Shown: positions 34,596 through 44,471, counted from the first letter of the stretch. The stretch is DNA of 64,000 nucleotides from Candidatus Magasanikiibacteriota bacterium (GCA_036744835.1 DAIOHD010000001.1:208967-272966); one strand, 5' to 3'. The notes: generated by a model from the letters alone, not told the origin. A program made the numbers and translations.

Positions 34596-35507
34596 ATGTC
34601 TTGGTTTCTCATCGCATTAATTGGTTATTTTGTTTTGGCGGGAGTTTCGGTCTCTGATAAATTCATTTTATCCAAAAAACTGGCGACACCGGCGGTTTTT
34701 GTTTTTTATTCCACTGTTCCTCTTTTGGTTTTATTTTTATCTTTATTTTTTGGAGTGGAGATTTTTTTGGGCTTGGGTTTATTTTGGGCGGCGATTTCTG
34801 GACTGGCTTTACTTTTTGGCTTTTGGACAATGTATAAAGGTTTTTTCAAAAGTGAAGTTTCTCATGCTGGACCACTTTTGGGAGCTGTAATGCCAATTTT
34901 TGTTTTGGTTATTAGTTACTTTTTTTTGGGAGAAGTGTTAAGCGACAAACAACTGGCAGCCTGTTTTTTGTTGATTTGTGGATCGTTTTTGATTTCTTTT
35001 GAAAAAAGTGTTCAATATAATGGTTGGCACCAGGGTTTTGCTTGGATAATTTTGGCTGGATTTTCTTTTTCTGTTTCTCATGTAGCAGCTAAATATTTAT
35101 ACGATATTTATGGTTTTACCGCCGGACTGGTATGGAGCAGAGGAATGTCTGGAATATTTGGTTTAGCTTTGATTTTTATACCGTCGGTTCGCACGGAAAT
35201 AAAATCTTGGTTTAAAAATAAAGAAAAAGATTTATTACTGCAAAATACAAATAAACTGCCTTTAATAATTTTTAACAAAACTTTTGGTTTAGTTGGTGTA
35301 TTTTTGGTGCAATTGGCTGTGGCGCTCGGTAGTGTAACTTTAGTCAATGCTATGGCTGGTGCGCAATTTGGATTATTGATAATTTTAGTAGCTCTATTGA
35401 GTCGGTTTTATCCGAAAATTTTTAAAGAAGAATATAGTAAACTTGAAGTATTGCAGGAAATAATCGCAGTGGTTGTGATTGGAGTAGGGTTGGGGATGCT
35501 AATTTAA
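34596..35507 (+). CDS. DMT/EamA-like permease (10 TM)
   Basis: Two-fold repeated 5-TM hydrophobic pattern. Confidence 0.4.
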   Translation: MSWFLIALIGYFVLAGVSVSDKFILSKKLATPAVFVFYSTVPLLVLFLSLFFGVEIFLGLGLFWAAISGLALLFGFWTMYKGFFKSEVSHAGPLLGAVMPIFVLVISYFFLGEVLSDKQLAACFLLICGSFLISFEKSVQYNGWHQGFAWIILAGFSFSVSHVAAKYLYDIYGFTAGLVWSRGMSGIFGLALIFIPSVRTEIKSWFKNKEKDLLLQNTNKLPLIIFNKTFGLVGVFLVQLAVALGSVTLVNAMAGAQFGLLIILVALLSRFYPKIFKEEYSKLEVLQEIIAVVVIGVGLGMLI

Positions 35508-35630
35508 AAAACTCAAAACTCAAATCTCAAAACTCAAAACTATTGTATCGCTTCGCGATGCTTATAATAAAATCGTCCCGACTTGTCGGGACACCAAAGT
35601 TTTGACTTTTGACCTTTGACTTTTGAATTT
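35507..35630. repeat. MITE-like element, copy D (CTCAAA arms plus a conserved two-hairpin core)
   Basis: AAAACTCAAAACTCAAATCTCAAAACTCAAAAC ... core TATCGCTTCGCGAT and GTCCCGA-CTTG-TCGGGAC ... AAAGTTTTGACTTTTGACCTTTGACTTTTGAA. Confidence 0.45.
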
Positions 35631-35638
35631 AAATAACT

Positions 35639-36640
35639 ATGTTTTACAAAAAACTTTTAAAATATTCTTTAATCATTATTGCTGTACTTGGTTTTCTTTA
35701 CGTCCAAGCTTGGCTTCTAAGCCTAAAGAAAAATGAAGGTGTAATTTTTGGTGTTAGTTTCAATCCGGACCACGCTCGTTATTTACAAATAGATCAGGGT
35801 AGGGTTTTTTCTGCAATAATCAAAGATTGGGGATTTAAGTATGTGCGTATTCCTGTGCAGTGGAATATTGTAGAAAAAGAGCAAGGTAAGTTTGATTTTA
35901 GTGAAACGGATTATTTTTTGAACGAAGCGGAAAAAATGGGAGTTAGAGTTATCTTGGCGATTGGTCAAAAAACTCCGCGTTGGCCGGAATGTCATACTCC
36001 TGATTGGACCGAGGAATTAAGCGATGAAGAGTATATTGAAAATTTAAATAATTATATTTTACAAACCGTAAATAGATACAAAGATCATTTGGCTTTGGAA
36101 ATGTGGCAAGTGGAAAATGAGCCATTTTTACCGTTTGGAATTTGCCGTAAAAGTTTCAAATATAAAGATTTAAAAGCTGTAGTGGAATTAGTCAGGAGTT
36201 TAGACAACAAGCATCCGCTTATCACTACCGACAGCGGGGAGATTAGTACTTGGCAAAGAAGTGCGCGAGCAACTGATTATTTTGGCACTACTATGTATCG
36301 TGTTATCTGGAATAAGCATTTAGGTTATTTTGACTATGATTGGTTGCCACCATTTTTTTATGTGAGTAAATTGTGGTTAGCTGGCAAAAGTGTTTCACAC
36401 GCTTTTGTAATGGAGCTTCAAGCTGAACCATGGGTTGATAGCCATCATCTTATTTTGACTCCTTTGGAAGAGCAATATAAATCAATGGATTTAAATAGGT
36501 TGCAAAAAAATATTATTTACGCGCAAAAAGTTGGTTTTCCACGAGTCTATCTTTGGGGCGCGGAATGGTGGTATTGGTTAAATGAAAAAAAAGATGCGGA
36601 TGATTTTGTAGAAGAAATAAAAAATTTGAAAAAAGAATAA
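35639..36640 (+). CDS. Glycoside hydrolase, GH5/GH113-like (TIM barrel), membrane-anchored
   Basis: N-terminal TM; WQVENEP (NEP catalytic acid/base motif) and VRIPVQWNIVE. Confidence 0.45.
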   Translation: MFYKKLLKYSLIIIAVLGFLYVQAWLLSLKKNEGVIFGVSFNPDHARYLQIDQGRVFSAIIKDWGFKYVRIPVQWNIVEKEQGKFDFSETDYFLNEAEKMGVRVILAIGQKTPRWPECHTPDWTEELSDEEYIENLNNYILQTVNRYKDHLALEMWQVENEPFLPFGICRKSFKYKDLKAVVELVRSLDNKHPLITTDSGEISTWQRSARATDYFGTTMYRVIWNKHLGYFDYDWLPPFFYVSKLWLAGKSVSHAFVMELQAEPWVDSHHLILTPLEEQYKSMDLNRLQKNIIYAQKVGFPRVYLWGAEWWYWLNEKKDADDFVEEIKNLKKE

Positions 36641-36684
36641 AAAAAGGCGATTTTTAAAAATCGCCTCGGGAAGATCTATCTTTT

Positions 36685-37050
36685 CTAAAGTTCTAATAAA
36701 TTGATGAATCCTTTGCGGAGGTAGCCGATACAGTAGGCCCCCTCCTTTTTTTTGAAGATGTTTCTTGAAATAGGAGTGAGACTTTTTGATTTGATGTACA
36801 ACTTGGAGATTTCGGTTAAGACATAAAAAGAATTTTCTGGCAGAATGATGTCTTTGACAGAAATTCTCCTTTTTTTGTTCGCGTACAGCTTGGAGACAAC
36901 CACGCTATCTTCAAGAACGTGGATGACCAATACCAACAAAGCGACACCGTTTTTTCTTTCCTGATTGTCAAACACGGTCCAGATTTGTCCCATTTTGAGT
37001 TTGGGGCATCTGGGCTGAACCCGAAGTTTCAGGGGAAGATTGTTTTTCAT
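36685..37050 (-). CDS. Hypothetical basic protein (121 aa); weak PemK/MazF-like N-terminus
   Basis: GQIWTVFDNQERKNGVALLVLV faintly resembles MazF; no partner antitoxin ORF; locally GC-rich. May be spurious. Confidence 0.2.
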   Translation of the reverse strand: MKNNLPLKLRVQPRCPKLKMGQIWTVFDNQERKNGVALLVLVIHVLEDSVVVSKLYANKKRRISVKDIILPENSFYVLTEISKLYIKSKSLTPISRNIFKKKEGAYCIGYLRKGFINLLEL

Positions 37051-37169
37051 TACTACACCTCTTTGTAGTTGTTAAGGGGAAAAGAACGAATAAATTAATA
37101 TAATACAATTTTATCATTTTGTCAATATTAAAAACCGCCTTTTAGGGCGGTCTTTTTGCATTTTATATC

Positions 37170-39455
37170 CTACTTTAATTCGATCTGAAACACTCTTCCT
37201 TTATCTAAAATATAAGCTGTTTTATTTTTTTCTTCTATTATCATGTCAGTTGGTTCTTCAAATTGATCAGAAGTGTATTGCTCTTTTAATGTGCCGTCTT
37301 TATTTAATAGAATTAGCCTCTTTTCTTTATTATCTAAGATATAAATATATTTGTCTTCGGAATAAGTCCAAATTTTAATTCCAGAAGTCAAGGCAGGTTC
37401 CAAGCTCGAAATGACAAAAGGTTGTATTTCTCCTGCTGTAAATTTTAAAATATTTCCGTCATCTTTCAAAAGATATAAATCACCGTCAACTGCAAAAGAA
37501 ACTGCATTACGAATATCTATGTTTGTTGATTTTATCCAATCTTTACCCAAGCCGTAACCTGAAGAAATTGCATCATGGCGATAAATTTGATTGTTAAATT
37601 TATCCAATGTATAAAGGCGGCTGCTATAAGGTAGTATTTCTTTTATTTGCGCTTCGTTATTTTGAAATGTTAGGGATATTTTGGAAAAATTATTTTCTTC
37701 GGAATTATATTTGTAAAGTTCTTTATTTTCATTTAGAAAAAGTGAATTCTTTCCATCTTTAAGAGAAGCAACTAAATATGGATTTTTATTTCCCGGAATT
37801 TTTAAAGTAACTGTGCCGTCTTTGGTCAATAAATTATAAGTATAAATAGTATCGTTGTCATAGCTAAAACTCAAAATTTTTCCTTCGATTTTGGTAAATT
37901 TTATTACATTGTTAAAGCCCAAAACACTCCAATTTGTAAGCAAGGTTATTTTAGGTTCTTTTACAAATTTTTGAATTTCTTTTTCTATTTCTTTGAAACG
38001 ATCTGTTAAATCTCGACAAATAGCTTTGTCGTTTTCGCGACAAATCAAATTGTTTAATATTTCTTTAATTTCATTTTTAGAAGAATTGATGGAAATTTGA
38101 TCGCCATAAATCATAGTGATTTTTATTTCTTCCATTTTTTCTTCAAGTAAAGAGAAAGTTTCTTGATAATAAAGGTTTTCTTTTTGAATTTGCTTAGCAT
38201 TGTGCAAGTAAAAAAGACTTACAACAAAAATTGTCAAAACAATCAAAGAAGAAACAAATAAAAATTTAGTTAATAACGGTAAATGTTTAAAATTTTGTTT
38301 ATAACTGTAAAAAGCTTGTGACCATCTTTCTTTGATTTGTCGACGTTGATTTTTAAAATTAAAAACAAAAATAAATAAATCTTTCAAAGCTTTTCCTAAA
38401 ATTGTAAATAAAGCCGCAACCATTAAAAATATCCACCACAATAACTGCCCGATTCCTTTTAGAGTTATTAATAAATATTTGCCGATAATTTTGGCGATAT
38501 TTATAAAATTATCTTTGTTCAATTTTTCTGTAAAACGTTGTTTCAGGTGTATTGACTCGGCAGCGGTGATATTTATGGTATCGGATTCTTTTTCCGGAAA
38601 ATTATTTTTCAATTTTTCTTCTCTTGTTTTATTTATTTTATTTTTTATCGGAGTAATCAAATTTTCCCATAGAGAAGGGGATAATGTGTTGGCCGTATTT
38701 TGTTCGGTCAAAAAAAGCGAATTTATTTTTTCTCCGCCACTTGTTTGAGGGCGAGATTTTTTTTCAGTAATTATCTCTGGGCTCAATTTTTCTTTGAGGT
38801 GTATGATTAAACCGCCAAAAGAAAGGCCGTTTTTGAGTTCCGATAATACCCTGTGAATGTGCTCGGTACTTTGTTCGGGGGTGCGAACAGTAATGATTTT
38901 TTGTAAACGATCGTGATTAAAATAATTTGTGATTTTTTGAGTTCCCAAGAAGAAATAGTCTCCAAAATTAATTTTACCTTGAACAATTTGAGAAAAAAGA
39001 ATTTTTTCTTTTTCTTCTTCATCTTGTTTTTCTACCAAATCCATTTTTTTATAAACACCTTCTTTACTTTTATAAAAAAGTAAAATATTCGGTTCTCCAC
39101 AATAAGAAAAAACAACCGAATTGCTTTTGACGGCTCCGACTATACAACTAAGAGATAAATTTAAACTAAATAAAGAGAGATTTTGTTGGTTGATTTTCTC
39201 TAAAACAATTTCTAAAGAATTTCTTTCTGAAGTGTCGGCGGTTTCATAATAACCATTTTCTATTTCTTCCATTATTCTCTGTAGTTCGGTCAGTTGTTCG
39301 CTAGTACTGTGGTTGATTTCACAGATGGCAAAAAAATACCCTTTTTCTTTTTCTTCTGTTTCCGAAGTTGGTTGAATGAGGGTTAATAAAACGTGAGACA
39401 TTTCCGGGCGTCCGCCTTCGACAAAAAATTCGTTTAATTGGAGAAGTTTTTCCAT
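37170..39455 (-). CDS. Large membrane protein (761 aa): cytoplasmic N-domain (possibly degenerate PP2C-like), 2 TM, extracellular beta-propeller-like repeats
   Basis: TM helices at about residues 330-350 and 385-410; C-terminal repeats (YIYILD...LLNKDGTL). Confidence 0.4.
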   Translation of the reverse strand: MEKLLQLNEFFVEGGRPEMSHVLLTLIQPTSETEEKEKGYFFAICEINHSTSEQLTELQRIMEEIENGYYETADTSERNSLEIVLEKINQQNLSLFSLNLSLSCIVGAVKSNSVVFSYCGEPNILLFYKSKEGVYKKMDLVEKQDEEEKEKILFSQIVQGKINFGDYFFLGTQKITNYFNHDRLQKIITVRTPEQSTEHIHRVLSELKNGLSFGGLIIHLKEKLSPEIITEKKSRPQTSGGEKINSLFLTEQNTANTLSPSLWENLITPIKNKINKTREEKLKNNFPEKESDTINITAAESIHLKQRFTEKLNKDNFINIAKIIGKYLLITLKGIGQLLWWIFLMVAALFTILGKALKDLFIFVFNFKNQRRQIKERWSQAFYSYKQNFKHLPLLTKFLFVSSLIVLTIFVVSLFYLHNAKQIQKENLYYQETFSLLEEKMEEIKITMIYGDQISINSSKNEIKEILNNLICRENDKAICRDLTDRFKEIEKEIQKFVKEPKITLLTNWSVLGFNNVIKFTKIEGKILSFSYDNDTIYTYNLLTKDGTVTLKIPGNKNPYLVASLKDGKNSLFLNENKELYKYNSEENNFSKISLTFQNNEAQIKEILPYSSRLYTLDKFNNQIYRHDAISSGYGLGKDWIKSTNIDIRNAVSFAVDGDLYLLKDDGNILKFTAGEIQPFVISSLEPALTSGIKIWTYSEDKYIYILDNKEKRLILLNKDGTLKEQYTSDQFEEPTDMIIEEKNKTAYILDKGRVFQIELK

Positions 39456-39519
39456 AAACTTTGACTTTTTAGGTTATTCTTATTATACTAATAATAAGAA
39501 AAAATTACAATAGATATTT

Positions 39520-40113
39520 ATGCTTGAACACCTTTTTGGTTCAAAAACCAGACTTAAGCTTCTGAAGGTATTTTTTGCCTATCCGGAGCGATCTTTTTAT
39601 GTCCGTGAGTTGACTCGTCTTTGTGATAGTCAGATTAACGGCGTTCGTCGTGAATTGGCTAATTTGGAGGCTTTGGGCCTTATAGCTCGTTTTAATAATG
39701 CTTTAAATCAAGAAAAAACCAGAGAAAATATTAAAAGCTATCGTTTACAAACCGGGTTTTTACTCCATGATGAACTTCGAAATTTATTGGATAAAGTTTC
39801 CATGTTGGAAGAAAAAGAATTTGTAGAGGATTTACAAAAAAAGGCTGGTAAAATAAAATTTTTGATTTTATCCGGATATTTTACTCAAGATAAAGACGCA
39901 GCCACTGATCTATTATTGGTTGGGAATATCAAGGAATCAACTCTGGCAAAAATTATCCATGCTTTTGAAAAAAATATTGGCAAGGATTTGCGCTACACTG
40001 TTTTTAGTGAAGAAGAGTTCAAAGATCGTCGGGAAATGGGTGATAAATTTCTCTATAATTTATTGGAAAAACGTTATATCAAAGCGGTGGATGATTACAA
40101 TGTTTTAAGCTAG
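39520..40113 (+). CDS. Putative winged-helix transcriptional regulator
   Basis: N-terminal wHTH-like FYVRELTRLCDSQINGVRRELANLEALGLI. Confidence 0.35.
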   Translation: MLEHLFGSKTRLKLLKVFFAYPERSFYVRELTRLCDSQINGVRRELANLEALGLIARFNNALNQEKTRENIKSYRLQTGFLLHDELRNLLDKVSMLEEKEFVEDLQKKAGKIKFLILSGYFTQDKDAATDLLLVGNIKESTLAKIIHAFEKNIGKDLRYTVFSEEEFKDRREMGDKFLYNLLEKRYIKAVDDYNVLS

Positions 40114-40119
40114 TTTTTT

Positions 40120-40512
40120 ATGTATCTTTTTTTGGACAATAGTGCTGAAGATAATCTGTTTTTTATTGTTGTAAATCGTGATAAAAAAAACAAAAAATTT
40201 CTCTTTAAAAAAAAGAAAGCTCGCCAAGGTCCACTTTTTTGTTTTGACGAAATGATTAAAACAAAAAAAATTAATTTAAAAGACATACAAGGTGTCGGAG
40301 TTTTGATCGGTAGTGGTCGTTTTACGGCCACCAGAATCGGTGTAACTTTTGGCAATACATTGAGTTATTTTTTACATTGTCCGATTGTCGGTTTAGAAAT
40401 TTTTGATATTGATGAATTTTTGTCTAAAATTAAAAAAAATAAAACAGGAATTTATTTGAGCGCCAAGTATAGCGCCGATGCCAATATCGGTCAAAGTAAA
40501 AAATGTTTATGA
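40120..40512 (+). CDS. TsaB (YeaZ)-like N-terminal domain protein, truncated (130 aa)
   Basis: GVGVLIGSGRFTATRIGVTFGNTLSYFLHCPIVGLEIFD matches the TsaB GPGSFTGxRIGxxxAxGLAxxxxxPxxGVSxL block; C-terminal half absent. Confidence 0.4.
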   Translation: MYLFLDNSAEDNLFFIVVNRDKKNKKFLFKKKKARQGPLFCFDEMIKTKKINLKDIQGVGVLIGSGRFTATRIGVTFGNTLSYFLHCPIVGLEIFDIDEFLSKIKKNKTGIYLSAKYSADANIGQSKKCL

Positions 40513-41993
40513 TCTCAGATTATGCCAAATATCGTTTTTATGAATTTTTACCCGGTTTGAGTATTTGGTTTACTTTGATTTTAACTGTTATCCTGTCTTT
40601 TGTTAAACCCCTTTGGATGATATATTTTATTTTAGTTTTTTCTGTTTACTGGGTTTTACGAGTGATGTACTTCTCTATTTATTTGATTTTATCATGGTTT
40701 CGTTTTCGTAAAGCCGTAAAATTGAATTGGTATGATTTACTGATGAAAAAATTTCCCGACTGTCAACAAAAAAGAAAAAATGTGATTTTTTTACCGGTTT
40801 ATAATGAAGAATACGAAGTTTTGCGAACTACTTTGAACAGTTTTTTAGAGTCTTCTTACCCGGCGCAAAAACTTTTTGTGGTTATTTCAGGCGAAGAAAG
40901 AAAAATGGAACATTGGAAAAATTTACAGGAAAAAATTAAAAAAGATTTTTCTGGAAAGTTTGCTGATTTAATTTTTAATACTCACCCAAAAAATTTATTA
41001 GATGAAATACCGGGGAAAGGTAGTAATATTCATCATGCTGAAATTGAATTTAAAAAATATATAGATAATTTTGGTTGGAATTATAAAGATGTTATAACCT
41101 CGGTTTTTGACGTTGATACTGTGGTACATCCTCAATATTTTGCTCATTTGACTTATTTATATTGTTTACACCCCAATCCGGAGCGCAGTTCTTTTCAACC
41201 TATAACTTTGTATAATAATAATTTGTGGGAATCCCCGTCTATTTTACGCATTATGTCTTTCGGTACGACTTTTTGGATGCTTTTTTCACTTGCCAGATTG
41301 GATAATTTGGTAACTTTTTCTTCTCATAGTATGAGTTTCCAAGCAATTGTAGATGTTGGTGGGCATTCCAAGAATATTGTTTCTGAAGATTCGCGTATTT
41401 TTTATCAGTGTTGGCTTTATTACAAAGGGGAATATGAAGTTACCCCTCTTTATATTCCGGTATCAATGGACACTGTAAGAGATGATAGTATTTGGAAAAG
41501 TTTAAAAAACCTTTATTTTCAACAAAGACGTTGGGCTTGGGGTGCTGAAAATATCCCTTATTTATTATGGAAAGCACCCAAGGTAAAAGAAATATCTTGG
41601 TGGAAAAAAATAGGGATTATTTTTAGAGAGTGGGAAGGTAAATGGAGTTGGGCGGTTGTGGCCATTTTGATTACAGTGGTTGGTCGTCTACCTTTGTATG
41701 TGGCTGGAGATCAAGTTCGTCAAAGTGCTTTGTTTTTTAACACTCCGCACATGTTGGAGGTTATGATGACATTGGCGATGGGCGGTTTGTTTATCTCTGC
41801 TATCATGAGTATGTTGATTTTACCTCGTAAACCAGTTCATGAGCCGCATTTTAAATACTTAACCATGATTGGGCAATGGGTACTTCTACCAGTTTCTTTA
41901 TTGTTTTTTTCGGCTTTACCGTGTTTAGATTCCGTGACCCACTTGATGTTTGGAAAATATTTGGGTTTTAATGTTTCACAAAAAAAGAGATAA
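40503..41993 (+). CDS. Processive family-2 glycosyltransferase (membrane; D,D,D,QxxRW)
   Basis: LPVYNEE, FDVDT and QQRRWAWG motifs plus N- and C-terminal TM helices. Confidence 0.65.
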   Translation: MFMISDYAKYRFYEFLPGLSIWFTLILTVILSFVKPLWMIYFILVFSVYWVLRVMYFSIYLILSWFRFRKAVKLNWYDLLMKKFPDCQQKRKNVIFLPVYNEEYEVLRTTLNSFLESSYPAQKLFVVISGEERKMEHWKNLQEKIKKDFSGKFADLIFNTHPKNLLDEIPGKGSNIHHAEIEFKKYIDNFGWNYKDVITSVFDVDTVVHPQYFAHLTYLYCLHPNPERSSFQPITLYNNNLWESPSILRIMSFGTTFWMLFSLARLDNLVTFSSHSMSFQAIVDVGGHSKNIVSEDSRIFYQCWLYYKGEYEVTPLYIPVSMDTVRDDSIWKSLKNLYFQQRRWAWGAENIPYLLWKAPKVKEISWWKKIGIIFREWEGKWSWAVVAILITVVGRLPLYVAGDQVRQSALFFNTPHMLEVMMTLAMGGLFISAIMSMLILPRKPVHEPHFKYLTMIGQWVLLPVSLLFFSALPCLDSVTHLMFGKYLGFNVSQKKR

Positions 41994-42002
41994 TTAAAAA
42001 AT

Positions 42003-43436
42003 ATGTTGAAAAAAATTTTTTATATTTTATTGGTAGTTGCTATTTTGATGTTTATGTTTGGAGCGAGCATGTATTTTTGGTTTCAAAGTGGTGGTATGCA
42101 AGAATATGTTTTAGAAAATTATGGTAAACAAACTATTCAAAACGACTATCTTTACGAGATAATTCGTGATAGTTTAGGTTTCCAAGAAGAAAAGCATATT
42201 TTACTTTTATTTTTAAACAATACAGAGCTACGTCCGGGAGGTGGTTTTATAGGTTCTTATGCCGTTATTAGTACTCAAAATGGGACACCTCACTTGTTAA
42301 AAGTGGAAGGCACAGAGATTATAGATAATTATGCCGCTTCTTATTTGGAGTCTGTTCCTCCTCGACCTCTAAAAGATTATTTGGGAGTGGAAAAATGGTT
42401 TTTCCGTGATAGTAATTGGTCGCCTGATTTTGAAGAATCGGCTAAAAAAAGTTTAGAACTATATATAAAAGAAAAAGGTGTAGCTGCTGATAAAATAGAT
42501 TATGTATTAGGACTTACTCCTACGGTTATTAGAGAAATCTTGAAAATTACAGGTCCGATTAAAGTTGGAGAAATGGAATTTAATGCTGAAAATTTTATTG
42601 AAAAATTACAATGGGAAGTAGAATACGGTTATGCTAAAAAAGGAGTTTCTTTTGATGAAAGAAAAAAAACTTTGCAAGATCTAACCAAAGCTGTATTATT
42701 TAATTTTGGTCGCGATTTTTTGAAATACAATGAAGAGTTTATGAATTTGGCTAAAAGAATGTTAAGTGAGAAACAAATCATTGTCTATGCTATCGATGAG
42801 AAAATTCAAGATTTAATTAAAAATGGAGATTGGAGTGGTCGAATGTATCAAACCAACGGCGATTTTTTATTGTGGGCGGATGCAAATCTAGGCGCTTTAA
42901 AAACAGATTTAGTTATGGAAAGAAATCTTTCCTATACCATTATTCCAACTAGCAGTAATCAATATTTTGTCAGAGCGACTATGAAATATGTTCATAAGGG
43001 TGAATTTGATTGGCGCACTACCAGATATAGAACCTATACTCGTATTTTTGTTCCTCAAGGAAGTAAATTGATAGGAGTAAAAGGGGCGATGTTTAAAGAA
43101 AAAAGTTTAGAACCGGCAATTATTGAAGAAGGTTTAGAAAAAGATAAACAATGGTTTGGTACTTTTATAGCAATCGAACCGGGAAAAACCGGAGAATTGA
43201 CTTTTGAATTTTATTTGTCACCAAAGATAAATTCCTTGATAAAAGAAGGTAAATACGAATTATTGGTACAAAAACAATTGGGTACCGAGAGTCATGGATT
43301 GACACTAAATCTTGATTTTGGTAAAAAAGTAAGTAATGCTTCGCCTTCGGAAGATACTAAAGAGTTTGGTGATAATATATATAAAATAAATACAGATCTT
43401 CGCTTGGATAAAAGTTTTAATATAGTTTTAGAATAA
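42003..43436 (+). CDS. Membrane-anchored extracytoplasmic protein, DUF4012-like
   Basis: N-terminal TM; RPGGGFIGSYAVI motif. Assignment is from memory. Confidence 0.35.
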   Translation: MLKKIFYILLVVAILMFMFGASMYFWFQSGGMQEYVLENYGKQTIQNDYLYEIIRDSLGFQEEKHILLLFLNNTELRPGGGFIGSYAVISTQNGTPHLLKVEGTEIIDNYAASYLESVPPRPLKDYLGVEKWFFRDSNWSPDFEESAKKSLELYIKEKGVAADKIDYVLGLTPTVIREILKITGPIKVGEMEFNAENFIEKLQWEVEYGYAKKGVSFDERKKTLQDLTKAVLFNFGRDFLKYNEEFMNLAKRMLSEKQIIVYAIDEKIQDLIKNGDWSGRMYQTNGDFLLWADANLGALKTDLVMERNLSYTIIPTSSNQYFVRATMKYVHKGEFDWRTTRYRTYTRIFVPQGSKLIGVKGAMFKEKSLEPAIIEEGLEKDKQWFGTFIAIEPGKTGELTFEFYLSPKINSLIKEGKYELLVQKQLGTESHGLTLNLDFGKKVSNASPSEDTKEFGDNIYKINTDLRLDKSFNIVLE

Positions 43437-43453
43437 TTTTTTAAATTGATTTT

Positions 43454-44461
43454 ATGTTTATTAAGAAAGTAGGAATTGATTTAGGGACAAATAATGTTAT
43501 GGTTTATGTACCTAAAAAGGGGATTGTGGTAAACGAACCTGGTGTGGTGGCTATTTCTAAAAACGATGGTAAAATTTTAGCTGTTGGTTTGGAAGCCAAA
43601 GATATGACAGGAAGAACTCCCGATAGTATAATTGCCGATCACCCTCTCAAGGAAGGGGTTATCGCAAACTATCACACAACCGAAGCGATGTTGCGTTATT
43701 TTATCAATAAAGCTTTGGGGGGGATTCATTTATTTCGTCCAGAAGTAATGGTGGCAGTACCAGCAGGAATTAATTCCACGGAGCGTCGAGCGGTTATCGA
43801 TGCTACTATTGCCGCTGGAGCTCGAGCCGCTTATCTTATCAAAGCTCCTTTGGTAGCTGCAATTGGGGCAGATATTCCGATAGGTGCGGCTTCAGGACAC
43901 ATGGTAATAGATGTTGGCGCTGGCACTTCGGATATTGCTGTGATTTCTTTGGGAGGTATAGTTTCATGGGGTTCGGTTAGAATCGGAGGTAATAAATTCG
44001 ATCAATCTATTAGTGATTTTATACGTCGTAAATATAACCTGGAAATTGGAGTGCACACGGCCGAAGAAATTAAAATTGTTGTTGGTTCGGCTATGTATAT
44101 TGCCAAACCCTTAACTGCCGATATAAAAGGACGTGATTTGATAACCGGCTTGCCAAGAATTGTTGCGGTTAGTTCAGATGATGTGACCGAAGCTTTACAG
44201 CATGATTTAAATTTATTAATGAATGCCATAAAAGAAGTGTTACACAAAACTCCGCCGGAATTATCTGCGGATGTAATGGATAAAGGCATTATCTTGACCG
44301 GAGGTTCGGCATTGTTGCGAAACTTGGATGAATTAATTACTCAAGCCACCGGCGTGCCAACTTATGTAGCTGATGAACCAATGTTTTGTGCGGCCAAAGG
44401 AACGGGGATTGCGCTGGAAAATATTGAGAGTTATAAGAGAAGCATATTAGCGACTAAATAA
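43454..44461 (+). CDS. mreB: Rod-shape-determining protein MreB
   Basis: Actin-fold motifs (IGIDLGT; VIDVGAGTSD; TGGSALLRNLD). Confidence 0.85.
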   Translation: MFIKKVGIDLGTNNVMVYVPKKGIVVNEPGVVAISKNDGKILAVGLEAKDMTGRTPDSIIADHPLKEGVIANYHTTEAMLRYFINKALGGIHLFRPEVMVAVPAGINSTERRAVIDATIAAGARAAYLIKAPLVAAIGADIPIGAASGHMVIDVGAGTSDIAVISLGGIVSWGSVRIGGNKFDQSISDFIRRKYNLEIGVHTAEEIKIVVGSAMYIAKPLTADIKGRDLITGLPRIVAVSSDDVTEALQHDLNLLMNAIKEVLHKTPPELSADVMDKGIILTGGSALLRNLDELITQATGVPTYVADEPMFCAAKGTGIALENIESYKRSILATK

Positions 44462-44471
44462 TTATTTAAGT

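Noticed and set aside
36685-37050. MazF/PemK-type toxin of a toxin-antitoxin pair
   Set aside because: Similarity is limited to a short N-terminal stretch. No antitoxin ORF lies upstream. The ORF is basic and low-complexity, so it is kept only as a low-confidence hypothetical.
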